From assembly GCF_006345805.1 (NCBI RefSeq), contig NC_043015.1, positions 34,224,001 to 34,288,000 on the forward strand: a DNA stretch of 64,000 nucleotides. Direction: 5' to 3'. Of the stretch, positions 27,557 through 38,522 are shown piece after piece (the stretch's first letter is position 1; each line of letters starts with the position of its first letter). Below the pieces are notes generated by a model that saw only the letters and a program-made list of their open reading frames with translations, made no database searches and was not told the DNA's origin. A program made the translations under genes and the position numbers. Origin of the DNA: Octopus sinensis. Lineage: Eukaryota.

Positions 27557-27740
27557 TAAAAAACCAAGTCTGTATAGATATTAGAGCATTTATGGATAGA
27601 AGGTCTTACAGCTGTTTCTAGGATATTAATTAATAATATCCCTTCATCGATGAAGGGATATTATTGATTAATATCCTAGAAACACCTGTAAGACCTTCTA
27701 TCCATAAATGCTGTAATATTTATACAGCCTTGGTTTTTTA
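27557..27740. repeat. 184-bp spacerless inverted repeat
   Basis: Axis 27648/27649; 92-bp arms, no indels, 5 mismatches. Confidence 0.95.
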
Positions 27741-28005
27741 TGTCATTACGCAAAAAATTCTTATATACACACGCTGTCATAGAACCAACGTTGAACCCTT
27801 TATTCGCAATATTACCGAATCTGGAACTTAACTATGGTCTGTCTATAGCACTTATTCAGCATTACCTGACACCTTTGGGTCTCAATGACACCATTATCTC
27901 TTTTATATTATATATATATATAATATACATATATATACATATTTAAACACACACACACATATATATATACATACATATATGTATATGTGTAAATATATAT
28001 GTGTG

Positions 28006-28180
28006 CGACGGACTCTCCCGCCGTTAGACGGGGAGGAAACTCGGAAGTTTGTTATGGCAACTGAATAATTGTCACATATATTACAGATAAATTCCTCTAT
28101 TTTTATAATATCGAGGTTTCTTTCATTCTTTTGTTGTCATACTATTACTATGAATCTATTATATTATATTATATATATAT
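28006..28180 (+). mobile_element. 5'-truncated HHR-bearing short repeat between (TA)n tracts
   Basis: CTCCCG/CGGGAG stem II, GAAACT-CGGA-AGTT stem III; stem I 5' strand absent. Confidence 0.45.
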
Positions 28181-28187
28181 ATAGATA

Positions 28188-28227
<40 letters not shown>

Positions 28228-28984
28228 ATATGTAAGTATATATTTATCTAAATCTTGTACGACTCTATTCTTTGATTCTTTTATTCTTTCTTTCTTTCCG
28301 TCAGCCCTTTCACGCTTACTGTTCATTCCACTCTTCGTTCCCCCTCTCTCATATTTCATTACCTTCTCTTCATCCTCACTTTCCCTTCTCTTTTCACTTC
28401 ACTGTCTCCCTGTCATTTTTTCGCGCCCCTCCTTATTTCTTCTGTCCCTCTACCTCTACCTCTCTCTCTCTCTCTTCTCTCCCCTTGTGACCGGTGTTCG
28501 GCCAAGCCTGACCTTTCTTTCTTGGTGCAGCCGCTGTCCGTGCAACATCTATATTCTTCCCTGTGCCTGAGAAATTTTGTATCCCTGCCGTAAAGCTTTA
28601 CTTCCACACACGCCAGCTTAATTCAATTCGTCCTTAGTTGAAAGACACCTGTTGTTATGTCCTGTTATTTGTATTTGTGTAACCATCTCTGTTTTTTTTC
28701 CATCCTTGTTTTTGTAAACATTCGCTACTTTCTTCCAAGGAATCTAATGCTCTTAGCTTAGTTTTTCCTTGGGGCTGGCCAGATTGGAGCAATCTCGAGT
28801 ATATCCAGCCGAAATTGCAAAGATAAACTGGGACTCGACTGAGGAAAGAAAACTCCGAATGAGCCGTCTTTGTTTTATTTGTATCGTCTGTCTGGATGTT
28901 TTGTTGTCCCTTTCTTGTTTCACCTGTTTGGATGTTTTGTGTTCTTGTCCCATTTTGTGTGTATATATATATATATATTATATA

Positions 28985-30094
28985 TATGTTAATAAAATAG
29001 AATTATGCATATTATACACATATGTACGTACCTACCTCTACATGTACATATACACGCATATATGTGTACAGGACACCAAAAAGACGTCGACCACATAGAG
29101 AGACGAAACACATAGACACAAACCAAGGAAAAGACAAGCAAAAAAAAGGGAGAGATACAGGACAATAAGCACAACGAAAAATCCCCTTCTTCAGTCGCTA
29201 AGATTTCATCTACTAAAAACTTCGAAGGATAAAGCGAGACGTATACTTCGAAGAAAAATTCCTTCCCGCGAAAAGCAAATCAATTAAAATTCTGAGATCT
29301 TTTCGCAGAGGGTAAAAAAAAAAAAAAAAAAAGCAAGACGGTAACGACAGTACAAACATATAAACATAAAAAATATATATAAAAACAGTGGAAAAATAAA
29401 TTATAACAGTGAGAGACAAGACAAGGAGAACAGATAAGAAGGGCTGTTAACGCAGCGAAAAAAGTATTGTAAACGCTGGATATAGTGGAAGACAGAGAGG
29501 GAAATTTTGTCAACCAGAGCCTTGCAAGGCGGGCGAGAAAGGACAGGAAGCGTTACAACGGAATTGTCGTCGCAGATGGATGTCGGAATGGGGGGAGGAG
29601 GAGGAAGAGAGAGAAGAAGGGGAATGGTGCGAGGAGACCATAAGAATGGTGAAAGGGAGAGAGAGAATGAAGAATGAGAGAGAGAGAGGAAGAGACAAGT
29701 TAAGTGAGGGAAAAAAAAACGAAAAAGGGAATGGGAGAGAAGAAAGAAAGATGCAGAGTCGCGTGAGAGTTAATATCAAGGCTAACTTGATAAACAAACA
29801 ATCTACTCTAGTAGGGTGCGTGCGTTTAATCGTATAATATGTTAATAAAATAGAATATATGCATATATATAAACATATATGTACGTACCTACCTCTACAT
29901 GTACTAACACGCATATATGTGTACCAGGACACCAAAAAGACGTCGAACACATAGAGAGACGAAACACATAGACACAAACCAAGAACAAGACAAGCAAAAA
30001 AAAGGGAGAGATACAGACAATAAGCACAACGAAAATCCCCTTCTTCAGTCGCTAAGATTTCATCTACTAAACGTTTCGAAGGATAAAGCGAGAC
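28985..30094. repeat. About 255-bp direct repeats (28985-29241 and 29838-30094) flanking a purine-rich spacer
   Basis: Both run from TATGTTAATAAAATAGAA to TTCGAAGGATAAAGCGAGAC. Confidence 0.85.
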
Positions 30095-30117
30095 ATATAC
30101 ATACATACATACATACA

Positions 30118-30148
<31 letters not shown>

Positions 30149-30278
30149 TTTACACACGACCACATTAAAATTCTCTTCACTCGTATCATTATCGAATCAA
30201 GAGTTTAACTACGGTGTGTCCATAGCACATAATTAGCGTTACCTGCCACTCTTTGGGTCTTCTACATACCAATGCCTT

Positions 30279-30343
<65 letters not shown>

Positions 30344-30535
30344 ATTAAGGACAACAGAGATTTATATATCCAGTTTAATTCTGCAGTTAATCACATCTTT
30401 CCATTTCTGTACCTAACTGGATTTTTTTTCTACACTCACTAAAGTTAGCCAACATTATTAACCGGTGAAAGCGCATACGGCACCCGCTATGATTGCACAT
30501 CCCTATCAATCAAATTTGGAAATTTACCTTTATAT

Positions 30536-30633
<98 letters not shown>

Positions 30634-30693
30634 CAGACAGATCGCTAGCCACTCAACCTTTTCTATTTTCTCTCCCTGTTTATTTCTGTGTTC

Positions 30694-30729
30694 CTTTCTG
30701 TCGAAGAGTTTGGGCTCGAAACGTAAAAG
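30694..30729 (+). ncRNA. Minimal type I hammerhead variant (A6U)
   Basis: CTTT-CTGTCGA-A-GAGT(TTGG)GCTC-GAA-ACGT-A-AAAG; GUA triplet, palindromic ACGT stem III. Confidence 0.55.
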
Positions 30730-30844
30730 ACTTTCTCACTTCCCGAGCGTTAAACTAATACATCTGTTTGTTGTTTACACACCCGTCTTCGTCTTTTTTT
30801 TTTTTTTTGCAAATTCTCACTATATATATACATATATTTAAAAG

Positions 30845-31545
30845 CTCTAAAAAGAAGCTCGTATTTTCTGATAAGACCGACAACCTGAACGAAGTCACTA
30901 ACGGTATATATAAGTTGCTGAATGACACCATTTCCATTGATATGAGAAAGTTAACAGAGATAGATACAATGATATTAACGATGAGGCTGAACTCCTCGAT
31001 AAATGTAGCAAAATCAATGATAGATTAGAATGCTTAGCCAAAAGGGAATCTCTTATTACTCTAAAAGATCGCGAACCCAATTTCAGTAATAAATTGTAGG
31101 TCTTTAAATCTACAGTAACACCTTGCTGATATTTAAATCGAGCGAGGACGGAAATCGGGTTGGTAGTCAAAACAAATACTAAGGAATATTGGTATGAAAT
31201 CAGAGAGACCACTATGTTACAACAATGGAATAATGACATTACTGTAATAGATTGGTTTAAGTATTTAAAGAATAAGAGTAGGGCTAGATTTACAGTTCGA
31301 TATTATAGATTTTAGTCGTCTATATCGAGATCTCTGCCTGATAACGCAATTGGGTTTTCAAAAACATATAGACCTAGACTTTATAATGCATGCGAGAAAA
31401 GCACGTCTATTTAGTAAGCGCTCAGCATGGGTTAAAAATGCGATTCAGTTGAATTGTACGATGTGTCGATGAGATCCTATGACAGTGCTGACATCTGCAA
31501 TCTTGTAGGTCTTTTTATATTAAATACATTCAGATCCAAGTTTCT
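30845..31545 (+). mobile_element. Penelope-like element reverse transcriptase fragment
   Basis: LKDREPNFSNK, RTEIGLV, QQWNN..VIDWF, QFDIIDF (31293-31313), YDVSMRSYDSADICNLVGLFIL (31457-31522); multiple frameshifts. Confidence 0.85.
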
Positions 31546-31559
31546 ATCTCACCGGCAAC

Positions 31560-32030
31560 TTCTACATCAGCAGCGACACCTATTGGATCTTGTGAGTCGA
31601 AGAAATGACGGTAGAGGCATAAGGCAGGTCCAAACAGCCTTTGAATGTCACATTATATCGCTCAGATGACACCTATTAAACAGAAAAGAAAGAAATGTGT
31701 ACACTTCATACAGACTCAAAAGTGAGTGCAACAACGTCTTCAGAGTCGGAGAAGAACCAATGAGCAAATACTCTAAGAATACAACTATCTCATGTGATCC
31801 AAAGGAGGCTGGGTTGACCTACTTAAATAGGGGTTTGGAGAAGTAGACATCAGACCAGCAAAAAGCAATGCATGGGTGCATATCCTGTAAGCAAGAGGAT
31901 GACGACAGCACTGACAAGAAGAACAGGCTCTCCTGGACCAGTAATAGATGCATTGCAGCTCACCTAAAAGGATATGCCTTCGCTATGCAAGAACAAGAGA
32001 CAGCTACTAAAACCTGATAACCAAGAAAGG
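31560..32030 (+). mobile_element. RLE-type (R4/NeSL-like) LINE internal fragment
   Basis: RRNDGRGIRQVQTAFECHIISLR and KAMHG...GYAFAMQEQETAT motifs. Confidence 0.7.
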
Positions 32031-32059
32031 CAAGGATACCGCTGAACTTCCACGTTGTG

Positions 32060-32666
32060 ATAGAAAATGTTGGCTCTGCTCTATCAGTGTGGAAGATGCC
32101 ATCTGCATCATCAGCAGCTGCCCCAAAATGTCTACGAAACACTACTGCCCTGAGGCATTATATAGTTGCAAAGACTATTCACAATGCTATCCGCATAAAG
32201 GATTGCCTTGACGTATGCATCAAAGTCATGTCATACACTTTTAAAAATAAGGAATACTGCTGGAACATTTCAATAAAAAGAGCAATTCGGTATAAACATA
32301 ACAGACCTATTATCCTTGCATTTACCTCTGCAGCAGTTGAAGCGTAATTGTGGATCCCAATCTTCTTCAGCTCTTTATAATTTTCATCTGTACGAAGTCT
32401 CGCCTTGCACGCATGATTTTCACACCTCCAGTATATTCTCAATCCAACTGCATCCTGCTTATGTTTTGTGCATATATAATTTTCTTGATCGACCACTTTG
32501 ATATTTCCTTTCTCTGAAGATATGATCTTGCAGGTAGTCATATTGAAGTGTAGGCATACTGAATAAATTTAATTCGATTTGCTTGAAAATCTTTGTTCGT
32601 AAACTGTTCAGCGCAGATACTTAAGAGAGAGAGAGAGAAGGGGAAGAGGGAGAGAGAAAGGAGAGG

Positions 32667-32727
<61 letters not shown>

Positions 32728-32934
32728 GGGGTTAAACAAAGGAAAAAATACCTAAAACTGTCCAACGACAATTTTTATTGTAAAGTGATTGTTCTAAACT
32801 TTCCCTCGAAAATCACATTTAAGTGTATTTGGGGACGAATTGGCCAGCGACGAATTGACCTGGGGATGAATTAATCAAGGATGAATTGACAGAGGACAAC
32901 AGAAAAATAACAGGGGCCGAATTGTCCTAGCACC
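32060..32934 (-). mobile_element. MULE/Mutator-like remnant with FLYWCH-domain ORF
   Basis: ORF 32179-32541 SEKG..KVVDQENYICTKHK....RIYWRCENHACKARL; terminus GGTGCTAGGACAATTCGGCCCC at 32934. Confidence 0.7.
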
Positions 32935-33094
32935 TTGACAAATGTAGACATTTCAGCAGCCATTAGTGGGGTGGGGGGTAGAGTCGAACGCTTTACTTCA
33001 GACAGTTCAGCTTTGTTAGTCAAAATTTGTTCGAGACATCCCCCTCACTCCCTTCTTTCCACCTGCCTGTTCATGTATGCGTGTTTGTTTGTTT

Positions 33095-33119
33095 GTACGT
33101 ATGTATGTATGTATGTATG

Positions 33120-33150
<31 letters not shown>

Positions 33151-33720
33151 GAATGTATGTATGTATGTATGTATATATGTATGTACGTATGTATGTACGT
33201 ATGTATGTATGTATGTATGTATGTAAGAATGTATGTACGTATGTATGTATGTACGTATGTATGTATGTATGTATGTATGTATGTGTGTATGTATGTATGT
33301 ATGTATGTATGTATGTATGTATGTATGTATGTATGTATGTATGTATGTATGTATGTATGTGTATGTATGTATGTATGTGTATGTATGTATGTATTTATGT
33401 ATGTACGTATGTATGTATGTAAGAATGTATGTATGTATGTATGTATATATGTATGTACGTATGTATGTACGTATGTATGTATGTATGTATGTATGTAAGA
33501 ATGTATGTACGTATGTATGTATGTACGTATGTATGTATGTATGTATGTGTGTATGTATGTATGTATGTATGTATGTATGTGTGTATGTATGTATGTATGT
33601 ATGTATGTATGTATGTATGTATGTATGTATGTATGTATGTGTGTATGTATGTACGTGTGCGTGCGTGCGTGCGTGAATGTGTGTACTTATACATGCGCAT
33701 GTATGTATGTATGTATGTAC
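33095..33720. repeat. (TATG)n array with internal 272-bp duplication
   Basis: AAGAAT landmarks at 33149, 33225, 33421, 33497. Confidence 0.95.
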
Positions 33721-34694
33721 TAGTATAAAACAAATCATACGGTGGTACAAGTATACACGATTCCATTTTAAGCATCCATTAGGCAAAATTACCCTCCGCC
33801 GCCGTGATGGCCCGGATGTAATGAAGGAAGTGACTGTATAAAAAGATGAAGTGCAATCCCACCCAGGTGGCCCAGGTGGCCCCGGTGGCCCAGGTGGCTC
33901 AAGTCGCCCATGTCGTCCATTATGATAACAACTGCAGTTCTCTTACCTTCAAATTTATCCATTTCGGCCGTAAACATTGACTGAATAAAAATCTCGATAC
34001 ATGTGTTTAATCTCGCATTAATAGTAATTTTATTATCAGTATAATTTAATTATCTTTTTGATGGGCTCTCATAAGCATAATTTAATTAAGAACTTAAATG
34101 AGACTGACCTAGCAAGAAACACGTGCTATTGGCAATTAACTTTATAAATGTTGCTATACAAATTATGAAATTTGAGTTTACAAAACCGTTCAAGGGAAAT
34201 AACTCTAATTGCTTTACCAGTATCTTGTAATTTAGAGTAACTTCCCTTAGATTATAAATCTAACTTTATAACGTAAGACGGAAAAACTGACGAATTATTT
34301 TGTTATTTCTTTATTTCGCGTTCGAATTCTGCCTCCGCATTTCTTTTAAAGCTCAACAGCATCCATATTTTATAGATTGGTCAAATACATTTTATAAATT
34401 GGTGAAAGACATTACTATGATAGTGTGATGTTAATGTTAAATGGTGATTGTCGTCGTAGTCTCAGTGAAGAGGGTCATTGTAAAGATAGATATGGAGAGT
34501 TGTCTGTGATGAAGGTATCTATGGTGGTGGTGTTGATGGCGGAAGGTTAGTGGGGTCAAATATGGCTTTGGTGTAAGTGACTATTTTGGGAAGTAGCAAT
34601 ATTAGTTGGGGGTATGGAGGGGTGGCCATAGTGGAGGCCTGCATGATGTTGATGGTGATGGTTATCCTTTATAGTGGAAATCTATATGTTCGTC

Positions 34695-34781
34695 TGCCTC
34701 TGAAGAGAGAGGTGTATTTCGAATTGACGTAATGTTTTTATTGATCGATTAAATGGAGCCGCCTGAAACGGCCGTAGTGCA
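34695..34781 (+). ncRNA. Type I hammerhead candidate with long stem II
   Basis: CTGAAGA 34700-34706, AGGTG/CGCCT, GAAA, palindromic ACGGCCGT, GUA at 34774-34776; stem I TGCCT/GTGCA 4 of 5. Confidence 0.55.
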
Positions 34782-34870
34782 TTAATACCTGGACATCCTT
34801 GTTTCTTATTTACTTTATATATATATATATATATATATATACGAGAAAGAAGCAACAAGAATGGATAGGT

Positions 34871-34961
34871 TTTTAGTACAATCGTTTCATACAAGGACAG
34901 GCTTTATTAAAAGTTGCAAAAATTGCAGCATATAAACGTGTCCCGTACTCATCAGCTAAAA
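34871..34961 (-). ncRNA. Type I hammerhead ribozyme candidate with canonical core
   Basis: Minus TTTTAG-CTGATGA-GTAC.GGGACA...TGTCCT.GTAT-GAA-ACGATTGT-A-CTAAAA; perfect 6-bp stem I. Confidence 0.8.
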
Positions 34962-36527
34962 TACATGTGAGTTCTCTAGACATCCTAGTGGTTGAGGCTA
35001 TACTCATGAAGTAATGTAGATAATTAAGTAACATAAACAGATTTCCAAAGTTCATTAAAGTTCTTTAAAGATGATGTACAGTCTTATCACAGAATTTTAA
35101 AAAAGTTTTAATAGCATCACAGAGAAGGTGACTTAATCCATGGTGTACATATGAATTTCCAGAGATATGAGGAGGGATTACATACTCACAGACGACAAAT
35201 TTATCCATTGCTAATCACAACGAGGTGGGTTTCAATTCCTGCTTATTAGCATTACCGAGAGGGTGAATTAATCCTTTGTATAGATGCACAATTTCCAATG
35301 GTGTAGATGTAAATTTCCAGAGAAATGAAGAGGAATTTCATATTCACAGGCGATAAATTTATCAATGGTTGAACACAATGAGGTGGGTATCAATTCTTGC
35401 TATATGATTAGGTATTTGCCACATTAATCACATTACTGCTATTTTCAAGAGACTGTAGCTATTTAACTTTTAAAGGCTGAAGGGCTTTCTAGAGATGCAA
35501 AGAACAGAAAAGGGAAGGAAAGAGAAGGAAAGAGAGAAAATAAAGGGGGAGGGAGCAAAAGGGGGGGGGGCTAGAAGAGAAGAGAAAAGGAAAAAGAAAA
35601 AAAGAAAAAGAGAATAAGAAGAAAAAGAAAAAAGAGAAAAGAGAAAGAAATAGGGAAAGAAGGGAAAAAAAGAGAAAAAGAAAAAAAGAGGGTTCTAGTT
35701 ATACAGAGGAATTAGTAGACGGCAAGTCTGGTTTTAATTTACAGGCATCTAGGAACTAGAGGAGAATATTATTCTTTGACCAGTAAAACAGCTAATTTAT
35801 TGCTGTCGAAAGCAGCTATGAATTTAAAGAGAATCTAAAGAGATAACACGGTCAGGGGTTTAGGGGTTTAGGGGTCAAAGGCTAAAATCAAAAGAAAATA
35901 CATTAGGAAAATCTAAGTATAATCTTATCAAAAAGTCATTAAAATTTATTTATTTAATTTATTCATTTTACTGTCTTAAGGAGTTGCCGTTATTATTCAT
36001 ACATTGACGGACTACAGGTCAAATCTTAGAAGATCATTTACAAGGTGTTAGGGAATTGTCCATCATAATGAAGATAATCATATTATCACCGAGGGAGTAG
36101 CCTTATTTATTTAATTTTGAAATAGAATTATGGGGCTTTAGTAACTCATTTTATTTTATTAAAGTTATGCTACTTAAATTAGATTAAGTTAAGAATTAAA
36201 ATTAAAAATTAAAATTAAGATTTAAAAATTTAAAATTATAAGTTTGAAATTAAATAAAGCCTCAATTAAGCAGCGTATAAGTACTATTCATTTCCCTGCT
36301 CTCAAAAAACTGATGCAGATATAAGGAAAAAGATAACTGTAGTGTGAGAACTCTTAGTTATCTACTTAAAGCAGTGCTATACTAGCAAAAATCAAGTTAT
36401 ATCTATCTATCTATCTAGTTACGAATATTCTAATCATTTAAAATATTTTAAAGTCTTCAATTTAGCGTGGACACAAACTTGACCTAGTTCGATATGGTTA
36501 TTCAATAAGTTTCTATGTTTTCTATGC

Positions 36528-37082
36528 TTAGCTGTCATACTCGGTAATTCCCGGAAAAGCGGGGCTTATCCCTTGGTTCCGCTCTCATAATTGTTTCGCT
36601 AATCCGATAACAACAATACAAAGACATGTAACCCTTAAAACGGTTTTTGTGCATTTACAGAGAATACTGAACAGTCTTACACAGGATCTTGTTTTTAGGA
36701 ATTCCCAATAAGTTATAAATACCCAAATTGTGAAGTCAGTTATTAACCAAACGCGGAATTGCTTTGACCTCCCATAGCTTACACTCGGGTGTCCAGGTCA
36801 AGTAATGCTTCATTGTAAATGGCGTTACTGAACGTGGCAATTTCCGCTGAGGTTTACCTTTGAATCCTTTCTAGATGTCCTCTGCTGAGCTGGTTTTGTG
36901 GATCGCCCAAAGCTTGTGAGGTTCACGCAAGCTACATGTCATCAACAAGATAGAAAATAGTTGGCGCAGTTGACTTAGTGCTGTACTTACTGCTGCCTCC
37001 TCCAGTGTCTGGCAGCAGTGTTTGGCGCAGGCTTCTCTGTAGGTCGTGCAGACTTCCCATTGTGTCTTCAAAAGTCTGAGTC
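36528..37082 (-). mobile_element. Helitron Rep/helicase linker fragment with possible 3' end
   Basis: TYREAC...TLEEAAVSTALSQLRQLFSILLMTC..P.KLW...AEDI and FSNAIYNEALLDLD; degenerate hairpin plus CAGCTAAG near 36530. Confidence 0.75.
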
Positions 37083-37734
37083 GATGCGCGCGCACACACA
37101 CTCACACACTCGTACGTACGTCTGTGTGTGTGTGTAATAATCGTTACTGCTTTATTTACTCTCATAAAATAATCAAATCTGTATCTACTATGTTGTATAT
37201 ACTACAATATTTGTTTCTCTACATGCATGATTAAAGTAACGCGACTAGTATTATTCAACCATTCACAATCAGAGTGCGTAGCAGCAACGATTCTCAAACT
37301 GGCCTAAAGCAGAATGCATATTCCTCATAAAAATTACTAGCAAAACGTCTTGCCCTACTTTTTAAAGAAAGAAGTCAATAAAATACAATTTGTAGTTAAC
37401 CTGTTTTCCTTCACCGTGGTGTTAGACAAGTTTAAAATGTTTAAAGCAATCTGAATTGTTCATAGCATTTGTCTCTCTTCAATCCAACCAAGATTCATGT
37501 GAGAAACAATTGCATTACAGCATGTTACATTAACCCCAGCATTTGACTGGTACTTTAGTTTGTCGACTATAGAAGAATAAAAGGTAATATCAACTCTAAA
37601 CGTAAAGCGCCGTGACACAATGCTGTCGTCATAATTCCAGCAATTCAGTTGGTCAATCGCCCTAAACTCTCACTCGACTGCTTTACCGACACATAAACAT
37701 ACGTGCATACACACACATGTGTGTATGTATATAT

Positions 37735-38522
37735 GTTATGTTATGTTATGTATGTATGTATGTATGTATGTATGTATGTATGTATGTATGTATGTATGTA
37801 TGTATGTATGTATGTATGTATGTATGTATTGTATGTATGTATGTATGTATGTATGTATGTATGTATGTATGTATGTATGTATGTATGTACGTATGTATGT
37901 ACGTATGTATGTATGTATGTATGTATGTATGTATGTATGTATGTATGTACGTACGTATGTACGTACGTATGTATGTATGCATGCATGCATGAATGCATGC
38001 ATGCATAAATGCATATATGTATGTATTTAGACAGGCAGGTAGACAGGTAGGTAGGTAGACAGGTAGGTAGATAGGTAGGTAGGTAGGTAGGTAGGTAGGT
38101 AGGTAGATAGGTAGGTAGGTAGGTAGACAGGTAGGTAGATAGGTAGGTAGGTAGGTAGACAGGTAGGTAGGTAGGTAGGTAGGTAGACAGGTAGGTAGGT
38201 AGATAGGTAGGTAGGTAGGTAGGTAGGTAGGTAGGTAGGTAGGTAGACAGGTAGGTAGATAGGTAGGTAGGTAGGTAGACAGGTAGGTAGGTAGGTAGGT
38301 AGACAGGTAGGTAGGTAGATAGGTAGGTAGGTAGGTAGGTAGGTAGGTAGGTAGGTAGGTAGACATGTAGGTAGATAGGTAGGTAGGTAGGTAGACAGGT
38401 AGGTAGGTAGATAGGTAGGTAGGTAGGTAGGTAGGTAGGTAGATAGGTAGGTAGGTAGGTAGGTAGTAGGTAGGTAGGTAGGTAGGTAGGTAGGTAGGTA
38501 GGTAGGTAGGTAGGTAGGTAGG
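37735..38522. repeat. Compound (TATG)n-(TGCA)n-(TAGG/CAGG/TAGA)n microsatellite
   Basis: Direct reading. Confidence 0.97.

Noticed and set aside
28413-28960. L1/Tx1 ORF1 knuckle remnant and adjacent repeat with GGCTGG/CCAGCC-GAAAT stem
   Set aside because: Peptide similarity too weak, and no CUGANGA at the required position
30040-30085. Type II hammerhead (minus CCTTCGAAACGTT...CTGAAGAAGGGG)
   Set aside because: Stem I cannot be formed in either repeat copy
35855-35877. Interstitial telomere-like TTTAGGGG x2
   Set aside because: Only two units and not the TTAGGG array expected
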